A DNA stretch of 64,000 nucleotides from Candidatus Lustribacter sp. (GCA_965277805.1 OZ255842.1:128001-192000), one strand, 5' to 3'. Shown: positions 20,304 to 33,656, counted from the first letter of the stretch. Program-made: numbers and translations. The notes: generated by a model from the sequence alone, not told the origin.

Positions 20304-21517
20304 TGCGCGCCGGGTTGGCCTATAGTGACGCGCGCGGACGCGTCTTTTTCGACGCCACGAAGAGCCCGCTCGCCGACGGCGGCAACGTGCGCGACGTGCA
20401 GCCGGCCGAGCTGATCCCGCTGCCCGACGGTGCGATCGTCTCGATGTTGCCCGGGCGCTCGCCGCTGCTCGGTGGGGGCAAGACCGTGCCGCGCCGCACG
20501 GCGCTCGGCGTGCTGCTGCCCGCCGGTTACACGCGCACGCTCTTGCCGGCGTTCGTTCGCAAACCCGATGCGCCGCAATTGCCCCTCTTCGGCTACACGT
20601 TCGCGTGCGTCGTCGACGATGAGTTGGCGGTGGCCGCGATGCGAACCGATGAAGGCGAGGATTGGCAGCCGCGCCGTTTTGCCGAAGGCGAGCTCGACAC
20701 GATCGTCCGGCAGCGCATCGCGATCGATCCGCGCAATCGTACGCTCGCGCAACTGAGCATCTGCGCGCGCGAGTACGGCTGCTTCACTGCACAAAACGTG
20801 TTTCTCGAGCGCGGCGAAGCCGCGATTCCTGTCGCGCCGAAGTGCAATGCGGCCTGCGTGGGCTGTATCTCCGAACTCGATGCCGATAGCGCGATCCCCG
20901 CGCCGCAGACGCGCATCGCCTTTGAACCGGACGTTGACGATCTGGTGCGCATCGGCGTGCATCACCTCGAGCGGGTCGAGGACGGCATCGTCTCGTTCGG
21001 CCAGGGCTGCGAGGGCGAACCGCTGCTGCGCTCGACTGCCATCGCCGCTGCGATCGAGCGCATCCGCGCGGACCGTACAAACGGCACGCTCAACCTCAAC
21101 ACCAACGGCTCGTTGACGAAGTCGCTGCAGCGCGTGATCGACGCCGGGCTCCAAGCGGTGCGCGTGAGCTTGAATTCGTTCCGTCCAGAGGTTTACGCGG
21201 CGTATTACCGGCCGACCGGCTATACGCTGGACAACGTGCTCGAGAGTGTGGCGCTCGCGGTCGATGCCGGTCTGCGCGTGTCGCTGAACCTGCTCACGCA
21301 TCCGGGCGTGACCGACGATCGCGCGGAGATCGAGGCGATGGAGGCGTTTCTGCACGCGCACCCGGTGTCGCTGGTCCAAACGCGCACGCTCAATATCGAT
21401 CCCGACGTCTACTTTGCCCGCGTCGGTCGCCCAACTGACCCCCTCGGCATGCGCGAAGCGCTAGCCCGCATCCGTGCCCTCGGCATCAGCCTAGGAAACT
21501 TCACCCACACGCATTAA
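20303..21517 (+). CDS. Uncharacterised radical SAM protein
   Basis: CNAACVGC (CxxxCxxC), SFGQGCEGEPL, LNTNG; TGATG coupling to dapF. Confidence 0.9.
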   Translation: MRAGLAYSDARGRVFFDATKSPLADGGNVRDVQPAELIPLPDGAIVSMLPGRSPLLGGGKTVPRRTALGVLLPAGYTRTLLPAFVRKPDAPQLPLFGYTFACVVDDELAVAAMRTDEGEDWQPRRFAEGELDTIVRQRIAIDPRNRTLAQLSICAREYGCFTAQNVFLERGEAAIPVAPKCNAACVGCISELDADSAIPAPQTRIAFEPDVDDLVRIGVHHLERVEDGIVSFGQGCEGEPLLRSTAIAAAIERIRADRTNGTLNLNTNGSLTKSLQRVIDAGLQAVRVSLNSFRPEVYAAYYRPTGYTLDNVLESVALAVDAGLRVSLNLLTHPGVTDDRAEIEAMEAFLHAHPVSLVQTRTLNIDPDVYFARVGRPTDPLGMREALARIRALGISLGNFTHTH

Positions 21518-21526
21518 CGCGTCGGC

Positions 21527-21937
21527 ATGAGTACAAACTTGGTTCCGTACGTGTTCTTCTACGGGCGCTGTGCCGAAGCGCTTGCTTTCTACAAGACCGC
21601 GCTCGGCGGAAGCTACGACGTGATGACGGTCGGCGAATCGCCGATGAAAGATCACATGCCGCCCGAAGCGCACGGTTCGGTGATGCACGCAACCTTCACG
21701 GCGCCGGGGATCACGTTCATGGCCGCCGACGGCATGGGCCAAAAAACGATCGACCCGGACGCCGGCAACATCTCCCTATGCATCAACGTCACCGAAGATG
21801 CCGAGGGCGAACGCCTGTACAAAGCGCTCGCCGACGGCGGCAACCCAAAGATGCCGTTCAGCGACGCGCCCTGGGTCGGCAAATTCGGCATGCTCATCGA
21901 CCGCTTCGGCAACGAATGGATGGTCTCAAAAATGTAA
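21527..21937 (+). CDS. PhnB/VOC family protein
   Basis: PYVFFYGRCAEALAFY, VMHATF, FGMLIDRFGNEW. Confidence 0.9.
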   Translation: MSTNLVPYVFFYGRCAEALAFYKTALGGSYDVMTVGESPMKDHMPPEAHGSVMHATFTAPGITFMAADGMGQKTIDPDAGNISLCINVTEDAEGERLYKALADGGNPKMPFSDAPWVGKFGMLIDRFGNEWMVSKM

Positions 21938-21968
21938 CCTGCCCCGCGAGAAGTGTGCAGCATCCCGC

Positions 21969-22074
21969 CCTGTCATCCCGAGCGGAACGATCGTGGAGTT
22001 GCACTGCCAAACATTGAGGATTATCTCCGGTCCCTTGTCTTCGTGCCCTTCGGCACTCCGCTCGGGATGACAGG
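21969..22074. repeat. REP-doublet (REPIN-like) element with 18-bp perfect inverted repeats
   Basis: cctgtcatcccgagcgga (21969-21986) / tccgctcgggatgacagg (22057-22074); inner hairpin gtgcc-cttc-ggcac; between convergent genes. Confidence 0.88.
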
Positions 22075-22085
22075 CGGCGCGTTCG

Positions 22086-23000
22086 TTAGATGTAGGCGTA
22101 GGGGGTGCGTTGGGGGGCGGGTGTTTGGGCGACGGGGGTGGTGCCGCCGGTGATGAGGTCGCCGGCGAGGGTGACGTTTTGGCCGGTGGCGGTGACGTCG
22201 ACGCCCCCGCCGTTGTTGTTGGTGAACGTGGTGGTGAGGTTTTCGCCGAAACGCGATTCGGTGACGCTCACTGAGCCGTTCGCGCCTTCGGAGACTTGCT
22301 GGCCGCCGGAGAGCCTGATCGACTGACCCGGGGTGAGCCCGACGGACTGCCCGTGATCGGTCACCGAGATCGCGCCGGTGTTCGTCATCGAGACGATCTC
22401 GCGGCCGCCGTCCATCGTTGCCGTAGCGCTCGCGTTCTGCGTGATGCCGTTGGCTGACGGTGTGGTGACGGCGGTTGAGACGTGGAAGCCGTCGCCGAAA
22501 TCGCGCGTGGAGAAGAGATCCTGGTGGCCCGTCATGCTGTCGAACTTCGAGTTCACGTTCGACGTGCTGCCGTCGGCGTTTTGCTCGGTGCCGCTGACGC
22601 TCAGATGCGGATCGCCCGTCGATGCGAGCGATACGTTTTGGAACGCTGCGGTATTTCCGGTCGCGTTTGCGGTGGTGTTCGCAGCCGTGGTGCTCGACGT
22701 TCCGCTCAGCGCGTTGCTGAGCTTCGCGATCGACTGCTGCACTTGGTTTGCAAGCTGCGCCAGGATGCCGCCGATTCCGCTGCTAGCGAGCGGGTTCGGT
22801 GAACCGCCGGGAAGCGTATCGTTCGCTCCGCCGAACCACGCCGGCCGGAATCCGTCGGTACTCGACGTACCGTAGCCGGAATAGCCCGGACTGCCCGCCG
22901 GAAACGGACCCGAGACGCCGGCGTTGAGCGCCGCCCACGGCGCTGCGCTGCCGTTTAACCCGTCGTTGGGGATGAACCCGTTACCGTTGATCCATGACAT
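22086..23000 (-). CDS. Gly/Ser/Thr/Asn-rich hypothetical protein with GDPH motif (DUF1521/vWD-like beta domain?)
   Basis: GAGG upstream of ATG; low-complexity N-terminus, amphipathic helix, TGDPH, beta-rich C-terminus. Confidence 0.75.
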   Translation of the reverse strand: MSWINGNGFIPNDGLNGSAAPWAALNAGVSGPFPAGSPGYSGYGTSSTDGFRPAWFGGANDTLPGGSPNPLASSGIGGILAQLANQVQQSIAKLSNALSGTSSTTAANTTANATGNTAAFQNVSLASTGDPHLSVSGTEQNADGSTSNVNSKFDSMTGHQDLFSTRDFGDGFHVSTAVTTPSANGITQNASATATMDGGREIVSMTNTGAISVTDHGQSVGLTPGQSIRLSGGQQVSEGANGSVSVTESRFGENLTTTFTNNNGGGVDVTATGQNVTLAGDLITGGTTPVAQTPAPQRTPYAYI

Positions 23001-23059
23001 TGCCGCTCGACCTCGCTCGTGGACGGAGAACTGTGTGCACTCCATTCACGCGCAGGGCT

Positions 23060-23086
23060 ATAACGGCAAGGGTTAAGGAGCTTTTC
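23060..23086 (-). promoter_or_regulatory. Possible sigma28 (FliA/SigD) promoter
   Basis: Minus strand GAAA-N15-GCCGTTAT versus consensus TAAA-N15-GCCGATAA/T. Confidence 0.4.
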
Positions 23087-23750
23087 CGACCAGGGCGGAG
23101 CAGACGTCGGCGCGGGCGGTGTGCTTGATCATCGCGATCACCGCGTCGCCCGGCGTGAAAACGGTCTCCCCGTTGGGGATCACGACCTCGCCTGCGCCGC
23201 GGTCGACGGCCACGATCACGCTGCCGGTCGGCAGCGAGAGATCGGCGATGCGGTGTCCGCTAGCCGGGGAGTCGGCCGAGATCGAGAGCTGCACGAGCTC
23301 AAGATCGCCCTTGCCCAGACGTGCGAGCGTTTCGAGCGTGGTCGCGTTGACGCGGTCGTCGATGATATCGAGGATGATCTCGGTCGAGGAGATCACCGTC
23401 ACCGGCTGTTCGCTGTCGAGCGATTCGAAGATCAGCTTGTTTTTCGGGTTGTTCACACGCGCGATGCAGCGCGCTTTCGAGTGCTTCTTCGAGATCAGCA
23501 CGACCACGAGGTTGTCTTCGTCGTCCCCGGTATCGGCCACGACCACATCGGCGCGCGCGACGCCGGCCTGCAGCAAGACATTCGGATCGCAGCCGTCACC
23601 GACCACGGCGATGTCCGATTCGAGCAAGTTGGTCATCATCTGCGCCTTACGCGCGTCTTTTTCGATGACCACGACTTCATGCTGTTGTTTGAGCAAGCCG
23701 CGGGCGAGATACGTACCGACTTTGCCGCCACCGACGATTAAGATGAACAT
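23073..23750 (-). CDS. trkA: TrkA family RCK potassium-uptake regulator
   Basis: IVGGGKVG, GDGCD, TGDDEDN, C-terminal RCK_C (IPNGET). Confidence 0.9.
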   Translation of the reverse strand: MFILIVGGGKVGTYLARGLLKQQHEVVVIEKDARKAQMMTNLLESDIAVVGDGCDPNVLLQAGVARADVVVADTGDDEDNLVVVLISKKHSKARCIARVNNPKNKLIFESLDSEQPVTVISSTEIILDIIDDRVNATTLETLARLGKGDLELVQLSISADSPASGHRIADLSLPTGSVIVAVDRGAGEVVIPNGETVFTPGDAVIAMIKHTARADVCSALVGKAP

Positions 23751-23753
23751 GGT

Positions 23754-24425
23754 CTACGCGGACAAGCGCGCTGCGGGTCTCGCTTTGCTGAACGTCGCGG
23801 CAAATGCCGCGAGGGCGTCAGGCGCGACGATCGCACTGATCTCGTCGCCCTCCTTGAGAATGTCACTGGGTGCGGCGACGCGGACGCTGCCGAGCTGGCG
23901 GATCGCGGCGATGCGAATCTTTCCGTCTTGCTCGACGTCGGCCACGCGTTTGCCGTTCTGCGCCGGGCTGACCGTGGCGACGAGCGAGGTCAAGTTGCCG
24001 AAGTCGAACGACGGCATCGAGGTGTACGGCGAGTCGAGCAGCAGGTCGCGGATGATCTGCGCGCCGAGCGTGGTCGGCGAGAACGTCTCGATTCCGAGAT
24101 CGCGGTAGAGCTGGCCGCGCGGCGGATCGTAGATGCGCGCGACGATCTTCGGTATGCGGAACATCCGCTGCGCGATCAGCGCGGCCATGACGTTGCGGTT
24201 GTCGCCGTCGGTCACGGCCACGAAGCCGTCGGCCCGTTCGGCGCCGGCGCGCTTGAGCACGTCGTAGTCGATTCCGGTCCCAACCTCGACGCCGCCGCCG
24301 AAGCGCGCGCCCAAACGTTTAAATGCCGCCGGATTCTCATCCACGACGACGACGTCGTGCTCGGTGACCAGCAGCTTGGCGAGGGTGGAGCCGACACGCC
24401 CGCATCCCACGATTAAGTATCGCAT
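23754..24425 (-). CDS. trkA: TrkA family RCK potassium-uptake regulator
   Basis: IVGCGRVG, VTDGDNRN, VARIYDP. Confidence 0.9.
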   Translation of the reverse strand: MRYLIVGCGRVGSTLAKLLVTEHDVVVVDENPAAFKRLGARFGGGVEVGTGIDYDVLKRAGAERADGFVAVTDGDNRNVMAALIAQRMFRIPKIVARIYDPPRGQLYRDLGIETFSPTTLGAQIIRDLLLDSPYTSMPSFDFGNLTSLVATVSPAQNGKRVADVEQDGKIRIAAIRQLGSVRVAAPSDILKEGDEISAIVAPDALAAFAATFSKARPAARLSA

Positions 24426-24529
24426 AATGAACCGTCCGGGGGATTAGACGGCGCGCCCACAGTTCCCGCGGCAGGAGCGAAGGGCCGAGTTGGGAATCCA
24501 CAAGCCTTTGCCCCGACCCAACAAATCGA

Positions 24530-24606
24530 CGGGATGTAGCTCAGCTTGGTAGAGCGCTGCGTTCGGGACGCAGAGGCCACAGGTTCAAATCCTGCCATCC
24601 CGACCA
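24530..24606 (+). tRNA. tRNA-Pro(CGG)
   Basis: Acceptor stem CGGGATG/CATCCCG, anticodon arm CTGCG-TTCGGGA-CGCAG, GGTTCAAATCC T-arm, encoded CCA. Confidence 0.98.
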
Positions 24607-24631
24607 CTCTCCCTTTGCAAGCGTTCGCCGA

Positions 24632-25027
24632 TTGTTTTCCCAATTTAGCCCGGCGGCGCGACGCGTCTTACGGGCAGCCGAACAAGAGTGCCGCAACCAC
24701 GATCATTATTACGTGGGCGTGGAACACATGCTCTTCGCGCTCCTCGACGAGCACGATCCGGCGATTGAAGAAGCGCTCCGGGCGGCCAACGCATCGCTCG
24801 CCGGTATCCATGCCGAGGTTAAGCGGGCGCTTGGTACGGGTGAAGGCCGTATCTGGGAGGGTATCTTGCTGACCCCGCGCGTCCGGAAGATCATCGCGCT
24901 GGCCGGCGAGCAGGCCGGCGACCGGGAGATTGAGCCCATCGATCTGTTCGAAGCGATTCGCAACGAAGGCGGCGGCACGGCGGCTGCCATCCTACAGTCG
25001 CGCAACTCGCCGGCAGCGGACCGGTAA
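24632..25027 (+). CDS. Stand-alone Clp N-terminal domain protein
   Basis: FSPAARRVL.AAEQE...H.YVGVEHML.AL plus second repeat TPRVRKII; no AAA+ domain. Confidence 0.85.
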   Translation: MFSQFSPAARRVLRAAEQECRNHDHYYVGVEHMLFALLDEHDPAIEEALRAANASLAGIHAEVKRALGTGEGRIWEGILLTPRVRKIIALAGEQAGDREIEPIDLFEAIRNEGGGTAAAILQSRNSPAADR

Positions 25028-25037
25028 AGCGGAGCCG

Positions 25038-25712
25038 ATGGAACATATCAGCGCTTACTTCCACCAACTCGTCATCCATTTCGGATACGCGGGCCTGTTC
25101 GTGGTGGTATTCCTCGGCAACGTCGGCATGCCGACCGGCGTCGAAATCGTCATGCCGAGTGCCGGCGCCCTCGCGGCGACCGGGCATCTGTCGGGCATCG
25201 GGCCTGTGCCGGGCTGGATCATCGTCGCCGTGGTCGGCACGCTGGCCGAGATCTGCGGCGGCCTCCTGCTCTACTACATCGGCTGGTACGGCGGCATGCC
25301 GTTCGTGCACCGCTACGGCAAGTACATTCACTTTCGCGAACACGAACTCGAACGCGTCCACGCGTTCTACGAAAAACACGGCCGCGCGATGGTGTTCTGG
25401 TGCCGCTTCCTCCCGTTCGTGCGCGGCGTGGCCGCCCTGCCGCCGGGCATCTCACGCATGCAGAAGCGCTATTTCCTCGGCTACACCGCGCTCGGCTCGG
25501 CGATCTTCTGTTTCGGCCTCGCGTTTCTGGGCGACGAAGCCGGGCACAACGTCGACGCGATCACCGCGTACATTCACGACTTCGCGGTGGCGATCGTCGC
25601 CGGCGTCGTCGTCGTGCTCGGCGCGGCGGCGATCGTGTGGCGCATGCGCATGCGCGCTAACCGAGCACCAGTACCGCCAGTGGCGCAACAGCAAACGCCT
25701 CCCGCACCATAA
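25038..25712 (+). CDS. DedA family membrane protein
   Basis: GMPTGVEIVMPSAG, FYEKHG, RFLPFVR. Confidence 0.92.
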   Translation: MEHISAYFHQLVIHFGYAGLFVVVFLGNVGMPTGVEIVMPSAGALAATGHLSGIGPVPGWIIVAVVGTLAEICGGLLLYYIGWYGGMPFVHRYGKYIHFREHELERVHAFYEKHGRAMVFWCRFLPFVRGVAALPPGISRMQKRYFLGYTALGSAIFCFGLAFLGDEAGHNVDAITAYIHDFAVAIVAGVVVVLGAAAIVWRMRMRANRAPVPPVAQQQTPPAP

Positions 25713-28442
25713 CCTCGCCCGCGGCATCGGCCGTGATCGTACGTCCGTCTAACACGCTGCGATAGGTCGCGCCGGGCCGGCCGAGTTGCAACCGTTCGTC
25801 GTCGAACGCGACGCCTAGCGCACCGTGCGTGCGCGCGCGAACCAGCCGCGGAACCGCGAACACGATATCGTCGCGAGCGAATGCCACCACCGACGCCGCG
25901 CCGGGGCCCGACACGCCGACTTCACGATACGGCCCGTCGAGGAACGTCGCCGGGTGCGAACGCCGCAGTTGCAGTAAGCGCCACGTCACGTAGAGCTTGA
26001 TGCGGCCGTCGGGCCACGCCGCGAGCAGCTCGCCGATTACCGCTTCCGGCTCGAGGTCGCGGCGCACGAATTCTTCCAAGCTGTTCCGCCGGGCGTCGTA
26101 GTCGACCGCGCGGCGGTTGTCGGGATCGACCAGCGAGAGATCCCACATCTCGCAGCCCTGATAGATGTCGGGCACGCCCGGCGAACCGAGCTTCAGCGCG
26201 ACTTGGGCCAAGCCGTGCACGGCGGCGACCGGCGCGAGTTGCGCTGTGAACGCGCAGACATCGCGGAAGAACGGCGTATCGAGCGTCAGCGCGGCGCGCA
26301 CGAACGCTTCTAGCGCGTCCTCGTAACTTGCGCGGCGGTCGGTCCAACTGGTATGCAGCTTCGCCTCGCGCGCCGCTTTGAGCGCGTACGCGACGTGGCG
26401 ATCGGCATAGGCCGACAGCGCATCGGCATCGTCGATGCCGTCGCGCAGCCACTGAGCCGGCAGCGTGCCGACGACGGTCTGGTAGAAGAGGTATTCATCG
26501 ACCGGGCTCGGCGCGCCGTCCGCGTGCAGGACGGCGTTCATACGTGCCCAGCGGCCGACGGCGCGGCTCCACTCCGGCGCGAACTCCGTCAACGCCGCGA
26601 TGCGCAGGCGCGTGTCCTCACCGCGCTTGTGATCGTGGGTGGCGGTTGCGAGCATCGCGTGCGGGTGCGTCTTCGAGCGTTCGGCGTTCGCTGCGTGAAA
26701 TGAGGCCGGCGAGCGCCCGAAGCGCGCCGGTTCGCCACCGACCTCGTTGAGCGCCGCCAGCCGCACGTAACGGTAGAACGCCGTATCCTCGAGCGATTTC
26801 GCGGTGACCGGTCCCGTATATTGCTGGAAACGCATCGCAAAGCGCAGCACTTCCCTGCGATCGTAGTTCGTGCCGGTCTGATCGACGAGTTGCGCGCTCA
26901 GCGCATCGCGGATGAAATCGAACACGGCGTCGTCGGGGAACTCGCTGCGTACGCGCGCGGCCGCAACGGCTGCATCGATGACCTGCACGTCTTCGTTTTT
27001 GACGGCGTTGTCGGCCACGTACGTGCGGTAGACGGGGAACATCGCGACGACCTCGATCAGCGCGCGGCGCAACCCGAGGCTCGTGAAATCGCGCGAGCGG
27101 CGATCGGAGCGCGCGATGCGCGTCAGCCCGTCGATCAACACGCCGAGCTCACTCGCGAGGTCGACGCGCATGACGCGGCGTTTGGCTTCGTACGCTTCGT
27201 CGGCGAAGGTGGTTGCGCGGCCGAGCACGCGGCGGTAGATGCGGTCGAAGCCGCGCTCGGCCTCCTGATCGACGAACAGTCCGGCAACGAGGTTCATGAA
27301 CTCATAGCCGGTCGTGCCGGCGATGTGCCAGTCGTCGCGCAAGCGTTCGTCGCCGAGCAAGATCTTCTCGACCACGAGATAGAGCGGCTGCCCGAGCGCG
27401 GCCGAACGGTCGACGAGCAAGTTCGCATAGCCGCCTGGATTGTAGAGGCCGTCGATGTGATCGATGCGCAGCCCTTGGATGCGGCCGTCGGCGATCATGG
27501 CGAACACGAGCTCGTGCGTGCGCGCGAGCACTTCCGCATCCTCCACGCGCAAGCCGGCCAAATCGTTGATGTCGAAGAAGCGCCGGTAGTTGATCTCATC
27601 CGACGACACGCGCCAGAACGCGGGCCGGTAATGCTGCGCGGCAACCAGCGCATCGAGCCGGTTCGGATCGCTGACGAACGCCGCGCAGCCGTCGGCAAGT
27701 GCTCGCGCGAACGAGGGATCCGTGGCCACCCGAGCGGCGAGATCGCGCTGCAACGCGCCGGCGCGGTCGCGCAGCGCCACACGCTTCGTCGTTTCTCGCG
27801 GCCGCCCGCGCAGCGCGGTAAACGCGGTCGCCAATTCGCGCAGCTGTGCGGCCGTTTCGGGCGGCGCGTCCTGCGCGGCAAAGGCGAGCACGGCGCCGTA
27901 CGACGGCGGAGTCAGCGGAAAATGATGCTCGAAGTAGTTGAGCCGCAGCGCGTCGGCATCGGCTTCGAACGTGACGCGCAACTCGCCGCGCTCGACGACG
28001 CTGCCGTAGTGATCGCCGAGCACCGGCAGCACCAGCTTACCGCCGCCGGCCGAATTTTTATGCCACTCGATGTCGAAGAAGTGGCTGTAGGGCGAGAGCG
28101 ATCCCCAGGTGAGGATGTCGTACCACCACGGGTTGTCGCTGCCGATCCCCATGTGGTTGGGCACGAAGTCGACAAGATGCCCCATACCCCGCGCGTGCAG
28201 CGCGGCGATCATGGCGCGATGTTCGCGGTCGTCTCCGATCTCCGGATTCAGCCGCGTGTGGTCGACGACGTCGTACCCATGCTCGCTGCCCGGGCGCGCG
28301 CGGAAATACGGCGACGCGTACAGGTAGCCCACGCCGAGCGCATCGAGGTACGGCACGATCCGCTCGGCGTCGGTGAACCGGAACTGCGGACCGAACTGCA
28401 GGCGATAGGTGGAGTTCGGGACCGGCGGCACGCTCATCGCGT

Positions 28443-28446
<4 letters not shown>
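25657..28446 (-). CDS. treY: Malto-oligosyltrehalose synthase
   Basis: STYRLQF, HGYDVVD, DFVPNHM, NYRRFFDINDL, GLRIDHIDGL, SLVDPDNRR. Confidence 0.96.
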
Positions 28447-31655
<3,209 letters not shown>

Positions 31656-31685
31656 CAGGGGCTCTCATACCCCCGCAGCGCCGTT

Positions 31686-32321
31686 CTATCCCGGAATGGC
31701 GGCCCCAGCGGCGGCGGCGCGCTGCGCACGCACGTAGCGCACCGTCCAGACGAGAATGCCCCCGATGCAGACAACTGAGATCATGGGCGAAATCGAGGTC
31801 GCCCGGGCGATCGGCAGCGCCAGTGCCGCGACGACGCGCGCGCCGGCGTCCAGCAGCAGCCCCAGGCCCCAGACGATCGTGATGAGGCGGAACGCGCGCT
31901 GCGCCGCCGGTTGCTGCCACAGGGCTTCCGCGGCCGCGCGGGCGGCCGGGTTGTTGCCCGCCAGGTCGAGGTTCAACCGGTAGATCAAGGGCCGCGACGT
32001 GAGCAGCGAGCCGAGAAAGAGCAGGCCGAAGACGCCGGTGAGCAGCGAATCCTTGAGCAGCGCGAAGATCGCGTTCCCGGTGGCGAACGACAGCCCGAAG
32101 CCCACCACGAGGCCGACCAGCGAAACGATCGCGATCAGCCCGATGCGTTTGACGGTCACCGCTTCGTAGATCGTCTCGGCCAGCGGAAACAGGGCCGCCA
32201 CCGCAAGCGTGATCAGTGGCGTCACGCCGAGACGCAGCAGTACCTGGATCGCGATCAACGGCATGACCACCGACAGGCCGAGCGTGCGGTAGAGGCCGCC
32301 GAACTTAGGAGACGTGTGCAT
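31686..32321 (-). CDS. Membrane protein (VC0807-like)
   Basis: LLKDSLLTGVFGLLFLGSLL..RPL, FRLITIVWG; multi-TM. Confidence 0.75.
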   Translation of the reverse strand: MHTSPKFGGLYRTLGLSVVMPLIAIQVLLRLGVTPLITLAVAALFPLAETIYEAVTVKRIGLIAIVSLVGLVVGFGLSFATGNAIFALLKDSLLTGVFGLLFLGSLLTSRPLIYRLNLDLAGNNPAARAAAEALWQQPAAQRAFRLITIVWGLGLLLDAGARVVAALALPIARATSISPMISVVCIGGILVWTVRYVRAQRAAAAGAAIPG

Positions 32322-33621
32322 CGTCCGCAATCCAATTTCCGTGGAAGCCGAGCGGAACGCGAACCGGTAACGGCACGCGGGCGACGGCCCCGGCAGTGAG
32401 GTCGGCCGCATCGAGGACGACGAAATCGCTGGCCCCGCGCGCCGCATCGTAAACGTAGCACATCAGGTAGCCGGCGTCCTCGGCACCGGCGCCGGGTACG
32501 AACGCTGCCTCGCCGGGCGTATTGCCGGTGCCGAAGTCATGCAGCGTCGAGGTGCCGTCGATCGTGTCGAATTTGTAGATGGCGGAGCGCCCCTCGCCGG
32601 TCGCGCCGACGCCAACCGCATAGATGTAGCGATGCGGGTTGCCGCTAAGCCGTTCGTCGATGCGCGGGAACTCGGTCGAGCGGGCGTCGAGCAGCGTGTC
32701 GCGCACCGTGCCGGCGACCGTGTCGATCGTCCAGCGGCGCAAGGTCGTCGGATCGAAGCTGCCGTTGTCTTTCGCCCACAGTTCCTTATAGTGCACGACG
32801 TCCATCACGATCGTATCGCCGTCGTCGTAGGCGTTGGCGACGTGAAACACATAGCACGGATCGATCTCGATCCACTTCACGGGCACGGACGGATCGTTGC
32901 GCTTGACGATGCCGAGCCGCGCGCCGTATTTCGGTTTCCAGACGTACGGCGTTTTACCGAGCAACGCGCGCACGGTGTCGAACACGATCGGCAGATCCAT
33001 GAAGACCGCGTGCGAGCGCGTCAGCGCGAAGTCGTGCATCATCGTCGCCCCCTTCACCGGAATCGGGCGGCTCTCGATGAGCGTGCCGGCCGCATCGATG
33101 CGATGGTAGGTGAGCGCGCCGGGCATGAACGCGATGCCGAACGCGTGCATTTCGCCCGTTTGCGGGCAAACTTTCGGGTGCGCGGTGAACGGCGTCTTCA
33201 ACGCGCCGCCGAAATCGTAGGGACCGCCGGTGGTGAGATCGCGGTGCACGGTCGTCGGAAACGACGATTCGACCAGCGCGAGCAGCTTGTTGCCGTGCGC
33301 GACGATGTTCGTATTGGCGACGCCGACGGTGAGATCGACCTTGCCGCGGCGCACGAGCGGCGCGTGCTCGACGAACGCGCGCGTCCGCACCCAGCGGTTG
33401 CGGTAGGCCACGGCCTTGCCGCCGGCGATGCGGATCCCGTGCAGCATCCCGTCGCCGAAGAACAGGTGTTGCGGCTTCTCGCCGGGCCGCGGGTTCGGCC
33501 CATTGCGAATGTAGTCGCCGCTCAACTCGGGCGGCAGCGCCCCCTCGACCGGTAGATCGAAAGCCTCGATCTCCTCGGACACCGGGGTGCGGTAGGTGGC
33601 GGTAGCGGTCGCGACGGTCAT
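32305..33621 (-). CDS. Carotenoid/lignostilbene cleavage oxygenase family
   Basis: RNGPNP, GDGMLHG, TAHPK, MMHDF, FHVANA, EFPRID, GFHG (four Fe-binding His). Confidence 0.93.
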   Translation of the reverse strand: MTVATATATYRTPVSEEIEAFDLPVEGALPPELSGDYIRNGPNPRPGEKPQHLFFGDGMLHGIRIAGGKAVAYRNRWVRTRAFVEHAPLVRRGKVDLTVGVANTNIVAHGNKLLALVESSFPTTVHRDLTTGGPYDFGGALKTPFTAHPKVCPQTGEMHAFGIAFMPGALTYHRIDAAGTLIESRPIPVKGATMMHDFALTRSHAVFMDLPIVFDTVRALLGKTPYVWKPKYGARLGIVKRNDPSVPVKWIEIDPCYVFHVANAYDDGDTIVMDVVHYKELWAKDNGSFDPTTLRRWTIDTVAGTVRDTLLDARSTEFPRIDERLSGNPHRYIYAVGVGATGEGRSAIYKFDTIDGTSTLHDFGTGNTPGEAAFVPGAGAEDAGYLMCYVYDAARGASDFVVLDAADLTAGAVARVPLPVRVPLGFHGNWIADDAHVS

Positions 33622-33656
33622 GGAAGCCCTTTCCAACAGGCGCATTCGTGCTATAC

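Noticed and set aside
24530..24640. tRNA-Pro as an integration site
   Set aside because: No integrase, duplicated 3' end or compositional shift
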